From a virus (Duplodnaviria > Caudoviricetes), in IMG/VR virus record IMGVR_UViG_3300031521_000054, positions 312-64,311 of that record: a DNA stretch of 64,000 nucleotides. One strand, written 5' to 3'. Made by a program: the position numbers and the translations under genes. Shown piece by piece: positions 32,553 to 42,731 of the stretch. The notes under the pieces are model-generated. The model had not been told where the DNA came from. It saw only the letters and a program-made list of their open reading frames with translations, and ran no database searches. Positions within the stretch are counted from its first letter, which is position 1, and the number at the start of each line of letters is the position of its first letter.

Positions 32553-32602
32553 AAAACGGAGTGTGAAGGGATTTAAAAACTTTCCTCTCCGTTTTTTCTT
32601 TT
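32553..32602 (+). terminator. Putative intrinsic terminator
   Basis: AAAACGGAG...CTCCGTTTT stem with a T-rich tail. Confidence 0.55.
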
Positions 32603-32623
32603 CAAAAACTTTTAACAAATATC

Positions 32624-33349
32624 ATGCGAAAAATTATAGAAAATTTTAAAAAAATAATCAGATCATTTGTGACAATTTTTGCTTCAAGAGAATTTGGATT
32701 TATATATTGTCTTGCAGGAACAATCACACAAATATGGCACACATACTTCTTAACTGTAAGTATTTCTTCATTGGAAGGTAATGTTAAAATATTTCAAGCA
32801 GCATTGTTATCATTTTTCATTAGTTCTTCGTTATTATATTTTGTTGCAATTGCTGATAATGAAGATTCGAAAGAATCCAAAAAAATTAGACTTGCAGTAA
32901 ATGTTTTCATGCTTATCGAAATATTCATAAATTTTTATTACTACGCACGTCATTTGATTATTGATTCTGAAAAAGTTCAGATTTTTGATTTCATATTTGC
33001 TGTATTAGTTTCATGTTTGATTCCTGTAACTATTAAACTTTATGCGAGCTTAATCAGAGCAAAAGAATGGATGCAGGAGATTGATGGAAATACAATTAAC
33101 AATGTTAATCAAAATTATAGTATTCAAGGTCCTCAAGGTCCTAAAGGTGATCGAGGAGAAATTGATAAGGAAGAATTGAATGATTTAATTAAATCAGAAA
33201 TATCTGAATTAAAATCAAGTATTTTATCTGATATGGATTCAGACATAAGCGAGGTGTTTCAAAAAAATCAACAACTTTTTCTTACACAATTTGAAAATCG
33301 TTGTAAATTAATTGGAAAAACAGCTTTGGAATCCGTAACAAAAGATTAA
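32624..33349 (+). CDS. Multi-pass membrane protein with a short collagen motif
   Basis: About four hydrophobic helices, then [12 protein letters not shown] and a coiled-coil-like tail. Confidence 0.65.
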   Translation: MRKIIENFKKIIRSFVTIFASREFGFIYCLAGTITQIWHTYFLTVSISSLEGNVKIFQAALLSFFISSSLLYFVAIADNEDSKESKKIRLAVNVFMLIEIFINFYYYARHLIIDSEKVQIFDFIFAVLVSCLIPVTIKLYASLIRAKEWMQEIDGNTINNVNQNYSIQGPQGPKGDRGEIDKEELNDLIKSEISELKSSILSDMDSDISEVFQKNQQLFLTQFENRCKLIGKTALESVTKD

Positions 33350-33354
33350 TCAAT

Positions 33355-33384
33355 CAATCCATAAAACTAAAAATTTCTGAATAT
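33355..33384 (+). promoter_or_regulatory. Bipartite phage promoter/operator motif
   Basis: CAATCCAT-N14-CTGAATAT upstream of the clamp loader. Confidence 0.65.
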
Positions 33385-33411
33385 ATATAATATAAATAAT
33401 CAACAATAATC

Positions 33412-34359
33412 ATGGAACAACAAATAACCCTTCTTGAAAAGTATTTCCCAAAAGATTTTGAACATTTATTATTACCTTCAAGGATTAAAAATACAATATT
33501 AGCTACTCAACAAAAAATTGGGTATAGATTATTGATGTATTCAAGTCCTGGAACTGGCAAAACAACAACATCAAGACTTTTATGTTCAGGAGGTGATTAT
33601 GAGGCAATGTATTTGTCAGGATCAAATAATTTTAATGTTGATCTTATGAGAACAAAGGTAATGCCTTTTTCTTCAGGTTTTAGTGTTCTTGGTAAGAAAA
33701 AAGTTCTTATTATTGATGAAGCTGAAAACATCAAAAATGATCTTCAAGATAGTTTTAAAATAATTTTGGATCAATGTACTTCTGTTAATTATATTTTCAT
33801 TACCAATGAGGTTGAAAAAATAAATCCAGCAATTCGTTCAAGATGTACAAATCTTGATTATGATTTTAGTGGTGCTGATTTGGATGAACAGAAACAAAAT
33901 TATGTGAATTTTATATTAGAAGTTTGTAAGAAAGAATCAATCAAATATGATAAGGATGGAATACGTGCGTTATTTAGATTAACTTTTCCTGATTTCAGAA
34001 CACTCCTAATTAAGTTACAACTAATTGTTGATATTAAAGAACCAATTACACTTGAGAATGTTAAAAAATTCGCTGAGTCTGGAAAACAAAATCTTGAATT
34101 ATACAACATAGTTGAAACTCCAAGCATAAACGGTAAGGAATTTTATACTGAAATGACTAAGTTCAAAGGAAAAGAAAGAGATTGCTTCCTGTCATTAGGT
34201 GAACCATTTTTTCTTTATCTGAATGAAAAAGAACTTTTTGAAAGAACTCTTGAAACAGCAATAATTGTTTCAAAATATTCTGATTCGTTCGTAAATTCAA
34301 TCAATAAATTTGTGACATTAATGTCTTGCATTGTTGAACTTAAATCCTTATTCAGATGA
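33412..34359 (+). CDS. Clamp loader AAA+ subunit, T4 gp44/RFC-like
   Basis: EKY.P, SPGTGKTT (Walker A), IIDEAE (Walker B), AIRSRC, FPDFR. Confidence 0.9.
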   Translation: MEQQITLLEKYFPKDFEHLLLPSRIKNTILATQQKIGYRLLMYSSPGTGKTTTSRLLCSGGDYEAMYLSGSNNFNVDLMRTKVMPFSSGFSVLGKKKVLIIDEAENIKNDLQDSFKIILDQCTSVNYIFITNEVEKINPAIRSRCTNLDYDFSGADLDEQKQNYVNFILEVCKKESIKYDKDGIRALFRLTFPDFRTLLIKLQLIVDIKEPITLENVKKFAESGKQNLELYNIVETPSINGKEFYTEMTKFKGKERDCFLSLGEPFFLYLNEKELFERTLETAIIVSKYSDSFVNSINKFVTLMSCIVELKSLFR

Positions 34360-34736
34360 TTTTAAGTAAATTTGATTATGATTGGAAACCAATTGTTTTT
34401 CCAAAAGAATTATTTGATTGTGATTTTGAAGTATTTATGAAACATGTTTTAAAAGAGTTAAATAAATATGGTGAATATGGTTGGAAATGTAATGTTGATA
34501 TTTCATCATTTGAAGAAATGTTCAAAGTAATTTCTAAACGAGCTGAATCTGATATTGAAATTTCTTATTTATTTGTTCGTGAAACTACTGAAAATGTTGA
34601 TGATTTAATTCAGACAGTTCACCACAATGCATGTACAGCTCAAATGAAAGAATGTATCAATATGTGGGGAATTGATATGACAAAAAATGATTATCCTGAC
34701 ATGCCTGAATTGAACACGATTAAAAAGAAAAAGTGA
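34356..34736 (+). CDS. Hypothetical protein
   Basis: 126 aa, ATGA-coupled to the upstream gene. Confidence 0.6.
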   Translation: MILSKFDYDWKPIVFPKELFDCDFEVFMKHVLKELNKYGEYGWKCNVDISSFEEMFKVISKRAESDIEISYLFVRETTENVDDLIQTVHHNACTAQMKECINMWGIDMTKNDYPDMPELNTIKKKK

Positions 34737-34737
34737 T

Positions 34738-35262
34738 ATGATTTATGTGATGTTGTCAAAGGAAAATTCAGTCCTGCAAAAGAATATTGCGAATTTTCTC
34801 AAAGTATTCAAATATGATAATATTCAATATAAATTAATTTTCAATCCTAAGCATATTTTTGAATCAACAATTGCTGATATAAATCAATCAAAAGATATTA
34901 TACTTTGGAACCCAAACGTAGCATATTCAAATTTAGATTTGGTAAAACAATTTCAAAACTCCATCGTTATATTAGAAAGACCAACATTATTGATCCAAAA
35001 AATATCAGAGTCAAACCCTATAAACGAAAATGTCGCAATTAATCATGGGTTTTTTCTTATTTATATAAATCCTGATCGTGAAGAAATAACAAATAATGAT
35101 TGGAAACTTGTTGTTCAAGAAGATCAATATGTTATGACAATGGAAAATCTACTTATACTAATCAAAACAGATGAATCAAATTTACAAAAACAAATAAAAG
35201 TTTATTCAGATGTTTTTGATGATATTATACAAATAAATAAAGACCAAATAAATCTTTCATGA
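34738..35262 (+). CDS. Hypothetical protein
   Basis: 174 aa within the operon. Confidence 0.6.
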   Translation: MIYVMLSKENSVLQKNIANFLKVFKYDNIQYKLIFNPKHIFESTIADINQSKDIILWNPNVAYSNLDLVKQFQNSIVILERPTLLIQKISESNPINENVAINHGFFLIYINPDREEITNNDWKLVVQEDQYVMTMENLLILIKTDESNLQKQIKVYSDVFDDIIQINKDQINLS

Positions 35263-35921
35263 ATACATTAAAAATTTTTGTTTACGGAATGAGTGGTTCC
35301 GGAAAAGATACGATAGCAAATTATTTAAAAAATAGTTTGGGTTTTATGAAACTTCGAATAGCTGATACAATTAAACGCATTATTTGTGAAAAATGTGATT
35401 TGACTTTCGATGAATTGGAATTACAAAAACGTTCAAATAAAAGTCTTAGATCATTACATCATAGAGTTGGTGAATATCTTGACACTCCAATTGATATATA
35501 CTTAAATAATTTTAATGATAATAATGGCACTACGAATAGAATTAATCAATTGATTAATGGTACAGCATTAGATTATCAACATTTTTCAGATGATTTTATT
35601 CAGAAAACATGTAAAGTTATTTGTGATGTTAGAACTTTTGAATGGTCTGAACAATTATTAAATGCTGGATGGATAGGAATATTTTTAACACGTACAACTC
35701 CTGAATTTAAAGAATCAGATAATTTTACTGAACAGAATATTTTTTCAAATGGTGGAATTGAAAAACTTTGGAAAAGTACTTTGGATAAGGAAAAAATAAT
35801 TATCATCAATAATGATCCTGAAGTTTTTTTAAACATATATGATATTCCATTCATATTAACTGATGGTTCAGAAGAAAAATTAATTTTAACAGTCAAACAA
35901 AAAATATTAAATAAATTATAA
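35259..35921 (+). CDS. Deoxynucleoside monophosphate kinase, T4 gp1-like
   Basis: G.SGSGKDT.A P-loop, IADTIK, VICDVR. Confidence 0.75.
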   Translation: MNTLKIFVYGMSGSGKDTIANYLKNSLGFMKLRIADTIKRIICEKCDLTFDELELQKRSNKSLRSLHHRVGEYLDTPIDIYLNNFNDNNGTTNRINQLINGTALDYQHFSDDFIQKTCKVICDVRTFEWSEQLLNAGWIGIFLTRTTPEFKESDNFTEQNIFSNGGIEKLWKSTLDKEKIIIINNDPEVFLNIYDIPFILTDGSEEKLILTVKQKILNKL

Positions 35922-35923
35922 TC

Positions 35924-37159
35924 ATGAAAAGAATTTTACTGATTGATGGTAACTACTTCGCAATGCGTGTGTTAGGACAGTTAAATATTGGTGATTCATC
36001 CAATAATCTTGAATCAAATTTCGAAGTACAAACATTTCAAAATTCGCTTAATGCAAGTCTTATTAATCTTTATGCGACATTCAACAATGAAAATCAAAAC
36101 TTAGTTGATCAAGTTATTTTCGCAGTTGATGGATATTCATGGCGAAAAGAAGTTCCTCCTCACAGACCATATTATATTGACGAAGTTAAAGATAAACGAC
36201 CTGTTGGATATAAAGAAAATCGTAAGGAAAAGAAAGAGGAATCATCAATTAATTACGATAATTTTAACTTATATTATTCGAAATTTGTTGAATCTATCAA
36301 AGAAAAAGTTCATGTCTTCAATATAAAAGGATTAGAAGGTGATGATGAAATTATGTTGATTTCAAACAAACTTGCTGCGAATAAAGATGTTGAATTAATT
36401 GTTTTTTGTACTGATGGTGACCTTGTTCAAACAGTTAAAAATAATTGTTTACTTCTGAGAAATATTAGAAGTGGCGAATGTCCGAATGGTGAATTTGTTA
36501 TTTCAGCTGGAAAATATACTGAAATTTTTGAAAAATCCGCTAAAGATGCGTTTTTCGGCAATTCATTAGATATTAGTTATTACAATAGATTATTTGCTAT
36601 TTGTATTGGAAATATTCATGGAAATAGTAAAATTCCAAGAAGTTTGAATAAAGGAATTTCAATTGCAACTCCATTCAAAACAGCATTGATTAAATCTATT
36701 TGTGGTGACAAGAAAGATAATATTTTTTCAATTCTTGCTTGGAAATCTACAACAGGTACAATGGAATTTAAAATCACTGAAAAAATAATGGAAAAAGCAT
36801 TAAAGGTTCATGGTTATCCATTAACTGAAAATGTTTGTCAAAAAATTCTTGGTGATAAGGAAATTCTAATAAATGTGATGCTTAGTTTGAGAGAAGTTAC
36901 CAAACAAAATCATGTTCCATTAGAATCTATGGGTAAACATCTGAAACATAATTTAAAGATGATTGTTTTAGCTAAGAATAATTTACCTGAAAATTATTTG
37001 GAAGATTTTAATAAACTTTGGGATGAAAAAGAATCATCAATATTGACAGAAACTTTTGATCAAACGGTTTTAAGATCAATGAATGTAACAACTAAGGATT
37101 CAGCTACAGATATATTTGAAAAATCTATGCCTGATATTGATTCTATTTTAAAAGCTTAA
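35924..37159 (+). CDS. 5'-3' exonuclease, T4 RNase H/FEN family
   Basis: LLIDGN, D..SWRK, YKENR, EGDD, DGDL.Q, GDKKDNI. Confidence 0.85.
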   Translation: MKRILLIDGNYFAMRVLGQLNIGDSSNNLESNFEVQTFQNSLNASLINLYATFNNENQNLVDQVIFAVDGYSWRKEVPPHRPYYIDEVKDKRPVGYKENRKEKKEESSINYDNFNLYYSKFVESIKEKVHVFNIKGLEGDDEIMLISNKLAANKDVELIVFCTDGDLVQTVKNNCLLLRNIRSGECPNGEFVISAGKYTEIFEKSAKDAFFGNSLDISYYNRLFAICIGNIHGNSKIPRSLNKGISIATPFKTALIKSICGDKKDNIFSILAWKSTTGTMEFKITEKIMEKALKVHGYPLTENVCQKILGDKEILINVMLSLREVTKQNHVPLESMGKHLKHNLKMIVLAKNNLPENYLEDFNKLWDEKESSILTETFDQTVLRSMNVTTKDSATDIFEKSMPDIDSILKA

Positions 37160-37163
37160 TATC

Positions 37164-37424
37164 ATGGCAAAAAAATCAGCTCGACCCATTTATAAAAAAT
37201 TTAAAGGATATTATATTGAGAAGAAAGATTTGTTTGGTTTAATTTGTGGTTGGAACAATCGCACAAACTTTCTTCTCGTTAAGATAACTGGAAATGTTCC
37301 AGGATTTAAAAATATGAATCCTGATGAATTAGAAATTCCTGATCCAAATGATAGAAATAATCCTAAAGGTTATGGAATAGTTACTGAAACAGATATGATA
37401 AATTCACTTTCAATAATTTTATAA
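37164..37424 (+). CDS. Hypothetical protein
   Basis: 86 aa with ATCATG start context. Confidence 0.55.
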   Translation: MAKKSARPIYKKFKGYYIEKKDLFGLICGWNNRTNFLLVKITGNVPGFKNMNPDELEIPDPNDRNNPKGYGIVTETDMINSLSIIL

Positions 37425-37440
37425 TTAAAAAAAAAAAAAA

Positions 37441-37902
37441 ATGATAAAAATTTACACAAGTATTGAACAACAGCTTAAAGATAACTATTTCAATCGAATA
37501 ATAAAATTTTCAGATTTTCTTATTTATTTTGATGTTGATAATCTTGATGAAGATAAATGTCCAAAAATTATCACAGATAAAAAAACAATTATTGTTTTTG
37601 ACAATCAAAAATATAATGAAACTTATTTAATTGATTTGATTATTGAACATGGTGAAAAAAATCCTTCAATTAAAGCATGTGAATTAGTTTATTGTGATAA
37701 TCCAGACATAAGAAGACAATTATTTTGTCCTGCAATTGTTGAGAATGATTACAAAACAGTTGATATGTTGGAAAGAGATTTTTTATTGCCGACAATTATG
37801 ATTATCAATCCTATTGAAAATCAATTAACATTTTTTCAAGAATCAATAATTCCATTTGATTCTGCATCAGTTGAAAATATTTTTACTTGGTTGAAGTTAT
37901 AA
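37441..37902 (+). CDS. Hypothetical protein
   Basis: 153 aa, preceded by a poly-A tract. Confidence 0.55.
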   Translation: MIKIYTSIEQQLKDNYFNRIIKFSDFLIYFDVDNLDEDKCPKIITDKKTIIVFDNQKYNETYLIDLIIEHGEKNPSIKACELVYCDNPDIRRQLFCPAIVENDYKTVDMLERDFLLPTIMIINPIENQLTFFQESIIPFDSASVENIFTWLKL

Positions 37903-37903
37903 A

Positions 37904-38410
37904 ATGGCAGTAGTAAGATCATACGAGGAGTTCAATAATTTTCAAAATGATTTTTATCTGAAAGTTAATGAATTTAATGAGTATACTAATTTTGATTTTA
38001 AACGTCATGGTTATACATTACTCAATAATATTGCTAAGGGTTTTCCTAATTTAGTTGGTTTAATAATTAATTTAAAAGGAATAAATTGGTCAGCTCCTGA
38101 AAGTCCTGCTATTATTAAAGCATTACAACGGACGAAATTTATCAATAATTTTAACAGTCCTCGAATACCTTCATTTATTTATTTTAAAACTGAAAAAGAA
38201 GAAAAATCGAAAGAAAAAATTAAAGCAACTGACAAAGGGTTTTTATTCGATATGGATATTCAAACACAAATTTGTAGTGTATTATTTATTGATTCTAAGA
38301 CATATGAATATTTAAAATTCAGTCCGAAAATTCAATATTTAGGACAACAACTAAATGGTGAGTTTGTTCAAACAGAAAAAGCTAAGACAACAAGAAAGAA
38401 AAAAGTTTAA
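37904..38410 (+). CDS. Hypothetical protein, possibly the clamp loader small subunit (gp62-like)
   Basis: 168 aa; size, operon context and loose N....FP...P.FIY.K.K pattern only. Confidence 0.35.
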   Translation: MAVVRSYEEFNNFQNDFYLKVNEFNEYTNFDFKRHGYTLLNNIAKGFPNLVGLIINLKGINWSAPESPAIIKALQRTKFINNFNSPRIPSFIYFKTEKEEKSKEKIKATDKGFLFDMDIQTQICSVLFIDSKTYEYLKFSPKIQYLGQQLNGEFVQTEKAKTTRKKKV

Positions 38411-38413
38411 TCA

Positions 38414-38456
38414 AAAGGGAAAAATTCGACAATTAATTGTCTGAATTTTTCCCTTT
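38414..38456 (+). terminator. Long hairpin, putative terminator
   Basis: AAAGGGAAAAATTC-GACAATTAATTGTC-T-GAATTTTTCCCTTT near-perfect palindrome at the operon end. Confidence 0.7.
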
Positions 38457-38497
38457 CTCAGTTCAATAAATATAGAAACAAATAATATTAATAAAAC

Positions 38498-39112
38498 ATG
38501 ACACTAAAAAATTGGTTTATCGTAGGTATTATTGTAGCAATAATATCACTAATTGGGTATACTGTTGTAGTAACAAAAAAATTAAACACAGTTACTGAAG
38601 ATCGAGATCGTGTATCTAATAATTTTTTAAATGCTAAATTTCAAATGGATTCAGTTGTAAACAAAAATGGAGAATTAGAATACACTGTTAAAAATCTGAA
38701 TGTTAATGCTGATGAATTTAAACTTACTGAAGAAGTTTTGAATAAAAAAATCGTTTCACAAGGGTATAAAATAAAAAACCTTGAATCAGTAATTGAATTA
38801 AAACCAAAAATAATTATTAAAATTGATTCATTTCCTGTAAGTAAAAAATTAAACGATTCAACTTTTATTTCAACATATAATGATAAATGGGTTGCAATCA
38901 GTCAGAAAGTTTCATTAGTGAATAATAAATCAGATGTTAAAATAGGTGATTTCAAAATGGATATGTTAGGAAATTTACTTATCTTAAGTGAAATAAATTA
39001 TAAACGAGTATGGATATTTTGGAAAAGACCGATAAATATTACTACTCATGTTACGTCTGAATGTGATTATATTCACATAGATCAAATTAAGGTTTTCAAA
39101 TTAACAAAGTAA
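38498..39112 (+). CDS. Membrane-anchored coiled-coil protein, possibly a spanin/lysis protein
   Basis: N-terminal TM helix, coiled coil, C-terminal KR.W.FW motif; close to a holin-like gene. Confidence 0.5.
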   Translation: MTLKNWFIVGIIVAIISLIGYTVVVTKKLNTVTEDRDRVSNNFLNAKFQMDSVVNKNGELEYTVKNLNVNADEFKLTEEVLNKKIVSQGYKIKNLESVIELKPKIIIKIDSFPVSKKLNDSTFISTYNDKWVAISQKVSLVNNKSDVKIGDFKMDMLGNLLILSEINYKRVWIFWKRPINITTHVTSECDYIHIDQIKVFKLTK

Positions 39113-39378
39113 TGGAATTTATAGTTTGTTCAGCAATTTGTGATACAGATAGTATTGATAAAATAATATATTGTGGTTTAAGACACCACAATATATTTAG
39201 TCAAGGTAAACATATATCACGAAAATTAAAACATCAAGGATTCTTAACATCAACAGGTAGATTTGTTTCAAGAACTGAAGGTGCAGAAATTGCATTAGCT
39301 TGTGGACAATGTACGAAATTGATAAGAGTTGATAAATTAGATTCAAGCGATTTATATCAATACAAATTTAAAAATTAA
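39112..39378 (+). CDS. Phage hypothetical protein
   Basis: 88 aa; IVCSAI..G.RH..QGFLTS.GRFV.R.E...IA pattern familiar from phage proteins. Confidence 0.6.
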   Translation: MEFIVCSAICDTDSIDKIIYCGLRHHNIFSQGKHISRKLKHQGFLTSTGRFVSRTEGAEIALACGQCTKLIRVDKLDSSDLYQYKFKN

Positions 39379-39382
39379 AATC

Positions 39383-39724
39383 ATGAAAGAAAAAGTTATT
39401 TTATTTTTACGCGAATGGTTAAACAGATTTTTTGTAAAATCTCCAGCGTTTTTCAAAATATGGCAAGTTATATCCACAATATTATTAGTAATAAGTGGCG
39501 CTCCATATGTGTTGAATTATATTCAAAGTTTTATTGTAATTCCAAGTGCTTGGAGTACGCAAATAAATTTAATTATTTCATGTGCTTCAAGTGGTGCTCT
39601 ATTCATGTCATCAATGACCGCTAAAAGTGAACCTATTGTTCCAGGATATTTGATTACAGAAACTAATGTTGTTAAATTACCATTTACAGCTGTTATTGAA
39701 AAAGAAGTTGCTTCGAACCAATAA
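39383..39724 (+). CDS. Putative holin
   Basis: 113 aa, two TM segments after R...KSP.FFK. Confidence 0.5.
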   Translation: MKEKVILFLREWLNRFFVKSPAFFKIWQVISTILLVISGAPYVLNYIQSFIVIPSAWSTQINLIISCASSGALFMSSMTAKSEPIVPGYLITETNVVKLPFTAVIEKEVASNQ

Positions 39725-39726
39725 TC

Positions 39727-39980
39727 TTCGATCCCAAGCGTTTTCAACAATAAAAAGCTTAAAAGAAATATTACTCTATAGGCACCATATAGCGATATGC
39801 AAATAAACTAACTCTTTGTATCTGAATCAGTAGGTATTTTTACTTATTACAAATGATTTATTTTACAAAAATATTAGTTTATTTGTATCATCAAAGATAT
39901 TCGATCCCAAGAGATTTCAACAATAAAAAGCTTAAAAGAAATATTACTCTATAGGCACCATATAGCGATATGCAAATAAA
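39727..39980. repeat. Two 81-bp direct repeats separated by a 92-bp structured spacer
   Basis: 39727-39807 and 39900-39980 differ at 2 positions. Confidence 0.9.
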
Positions 39981-40010
39981 GTGTCATTTTGTCACCAATA
40001 AAGTACGATA

Positions 40011-41924
40011 ATGTCAGATACATCACAACAAATTAATCAAAAAACTGCGGTTTTCAATAATCAGATGAGATCAAGAGAAACTTTTGATCCACGTATTATT
40101 GATACAGATAATGCAAATAATAAACAAATTTGGACGTCTAATTCTGTAGAACTTGGTATAAAAGGTTTATCTGAAGGTTATCGCTTAAGAGAAAATCCAT
40201 TTTTAAAGTCAGTCAAAGGTGTTCTGTTAAGAAAAGCATCACTTCCATTTCAGTACTCAAGAGAAGAGATGGATATAATGAAAATTTGTTCTCACGATAA
40301 ATTATTTTTCGCAAATCATTTTGGTAAATTAAAAGATGGTGGAAAAGGTTGGTCCAATATAGTATTGAGACCATATCAGGAAAATTTAATGAAACGATAT
40401 GATCAGAATCGTTGGAATATCGTTATGTTTCCACGTCAGTCAGGTAAAACAACAACAACTGTTCTTGATATATTGCATTTCGCAACATTCAATATTGATA
40501 AGGATATGGTTGTCATTGCACAATCAGATAAGGTTGTTAATGAAATTTTGGGAAAGATAAAAGAAGCATTTGCTGGTTTACCTTTCTTTATGCAACCTGG
40601 ATTTATTTCTTTCAACAAAAAAGGATTCACTTTAGATAACGGTTGTAGATTATCAATAGGTATTGCATCTGAATCTGTTGTTCAAGGATTTGCATTGGAT
40701 TATTTATATATTGATGAGTTTGCTTATATCAAACCTTCAATGGTTGAAAAATTCTGGACTAACATTTATCCAACACTTTCAAATAACCCTGAATCTAAAT
40801 GTATAATTACATCAACACCAAATGGTAGAAATAAGTTCTATCAATTATGGGCATCAGCTGAAGGTAAATTGAATAACTTCGTTCCATATAGAATATATTG
40901 GTATGACGTTCCAGGAAGAGATTTAGCTTTCAAATACGAAACTATTGCAGCTATTGGTGTTGAAGGTTGGGAAATGGGTTACGAATGTTCATTCGACACT
41001 CAACTTAAATCAATATTTAGTTCTCCTGTTCAGAAGTCTCTTAGAGAACTTCAGATGAAGAATGAAAAATTATGGTCAAAGAATAATCATCCAGTTGGAA
41101 ACAAATATGATATAACATTCATTTCACAAGATGCTGTCAAATATGACTTGAAAAATGATTATTTCTTAATCGGTGGTGACTTAGCAGAAGGATTGGAACA
41201 GGATTCAAGCACATTAAAAATTAAGAAGATAGATTGGGATATTGAAGAACAAAAACTCAAATATATTAGTGTCGGAATATTCAAAGACAATAGCATTAGT
41301 GTTGAGGATTTTGCTGAAATGAATATGGAATTGATAAGAGAATTTGATCCTCAGAAAATAAAGGTAGTTATTGAAAACAATACATATGGTGGTGAATATT
41401 TCTTACAAGTCGATAGTTTAAGAGTAAACAATCCTGAATATAGATTCTTCGATAATTCAATATTTGCATTATTCCATCGTGAAAGTAAAAAAGATTTTGA
41501 AAGAGGTATTCGTTGGAATGGTGGAAACAAAAAACTCGGAGTTAAATCGTTTTCAAATCTTATTTCTCAAAATGTAATGATTGAAAGTCATTATTTGAGT
41601 GTTGAAGAATATTTAAACTTTGGAAAACAGAAAAATGGAACTTATGCAGCACAATATGGTCATGATGACTTAGTTATGGCAGATGTTTCGATTAGTCATT
41701 TCATTAAATGTGGGAATTTATTTTCCTTAGGTTTTTTGAACATGGTTAAAGAAGAATTGAGACTAAGATATAATGATGAAGACATTGAAATTAAACGAGC
41801 TAAAGCAGAAAAAGCAAGGAAATTAGCTTCAATATATACACATAATGGTTTTCAGTTAAGAAATCATGCTGAACACGTTAAAGATTTGAATGAAGATGTT
41901 TATTTATTTGGAATGATGCAATAA
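40011..41924 (+). CDS. terL: Terminase large subunit, T4 gp17-like
   Basis: LRPYQ, PRQSGKTT, YIDEFAY, STPNG.N.FY, GDLAEG..QDSS, HDDLVMA. Confidence 0.95.
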   Translation: MSDTSQQINQKTAVFNNQMRSRETFDPRIIDTDNANNKQIWTSNSVELGIKGLSEGYRLRENPFLKSVKGVLLRKASLPFQYSREEMDIMKICSHDKLFFANHFGKLKDGGKGWSNIVLRPYQENLMKRYDQNRWNIVMFPRQSGKTTTTVLDILHFATFNIDKDMVVIAQSDKVVNEILGKIKEAFAGLPFFMQPGFISFNKKGFTLDNGCRLSIGIASESVVQGFALDYLYIDEFAYIKPSMVEKFWTNIYPTLSNNPESKCIITSTPNGRNKFYQLWASAEGKLNNFVPYRIYWYDVPGRDLAFKYETIAAIGVEGWEMGYECSFDTQLKSIFSSPVQKSLRELQMKNEKLWSKNNHPVGNKYDITFISQDAVKYDLKNDYFLIGGDLAEGLEQDSSTLKIKKIDWDIEEQKLKYISVGIFKDNSISVEDFAEMNMELIREFDPQKIKVVIENNTYGGEYFLQVDSLRVNNPEYRFFDNSIFALFHRESKKDFERGIRWNGGNKKLGVKSFSNLISQNVMIESHYLSVEEYLNFGKQKNGTYAAQYGHDDLVMADVSISHFIKCGNLFSLGFLNMVKEELRLRYNDEDIEIKRAKAEKARKLASIYTHNGFQLRNHAEHVKDLNEDVYLFGMMQ

Positions 41925-41953
41925 CTTCGAAAAAATTAATTTGAAAATAACAA

Positions 41954-41983
41954 CAATCCATATTGTTAATATATAATGGATAT
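41954..41983 (+). promoter_or_regulatory. Bipartite phage promoter/operator motif
   Basis: CAATCCAT-N14-ATGGATAT, the full consensus. Confidence 0.65.
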
Positions 41984-41996
41984 TAATAAAATTATC

Positions 41997-42389
41997 ATGA
42001 CAAATAAATTCGATGAATTAAAAAAAGGTCTTTATTCATATATTGGTGAAGTATCAAAAGTTATTGACGGAGATACAATGGATATTAATGTTGATTTAGG
42101 ATTCAAAATTTATACTCAAAATAGATTTAGAATTGGAAATTATACATTTGATGCTCCTGAAAGTTTTCATCCAAGAAATGAATTAGAACATATTCATGGT
42201 TTAAAAGCTAAAGCTTTCGCAACAGAACTTTTACAAGATAAAAAAGTAATCATACATACTTATAAATTAGATATATATGGTAGATGGTCATGTGATATTA
42301 CATTACCTGATGGAAGAGATTTTGTAACAGTAATGAAGGAAAATGGATTTCAAAAAAATGATGATTTATATAAAATAGACAATCTTTAA
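41997..42389 (+). CDS. Thermonuclease (SNase) family protein
   Basis: VIDGDT....VDLGF, DAPES, DIYGR. Start 41997 is preferred because ATG 41976 lies inside the promoter motif. Confidence 0.85.
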   Translation: MTNKFDELKKGLYSYIGEVSKVIDGDTMDINVDLGFKIYTQNRFRIGNYTFDAPESFHPRNELEHIHGLKAKAFATELLQDKKVIIHTYKLDIYGRWSCDITLPDGRDFVTVMKENGFQKNDDLYKIDNL

Positions 42390-42399
42390 ATTCAAAAAT

Positions 42400-42720
42400 A
42401 TGAAGAAACTTAATCCCCTAATTAGTTTAGATAATTTACTTACTCGTGGATATTTTCCTGATAAGTTAGACAATTTAAACGAAGCTAAAAAAGAAGAAGT
42501 AAAACATTTTTTAGTTACAGATAAATCTGGAAGAAGTGTAAAACCAATCAAATTAACAGAAGCAGAATTTATTAAACGTTTTGATTTTGATCTTCTGAAT
42601 GCAGATATTGATGATGATGAAAACGAAGAAGATACAATTGAAGCATGGCTTGAAGATTGCTATGTTGGAGATGTGTGGGAAAATCGTACAGTAAAAATCG
42701 AAGTTGATAAAATCTACTAA
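42400..42720 (+). CDS. Small acidic hypothetical protein
   Basis: 106 aa with a DIDDDENEED tract. Confidence 0.6.
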   Translation: MKKLNPLISLDNLLTRGYFPDKLDNLNEAKKEEVKHFLVTDKSGRSVKPIKLTEAEFIKRFDFDLLNADIDDDENEEDTIEAWLEDCYVGDVWENRTVKIEVDKIY

Positions 42721-42731
42721 AACATAAAAAA

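Noticed and set aside
39727-39980. CRISPR mini-array or tRNA (TTCGATCCC resembles a T-loop)
   Set aside because: The 81-bp repeats and 92-bp spacer are far outside CRISPR sizes, there are no cas genes, and no cloverleaf or acceptor stem can be built.
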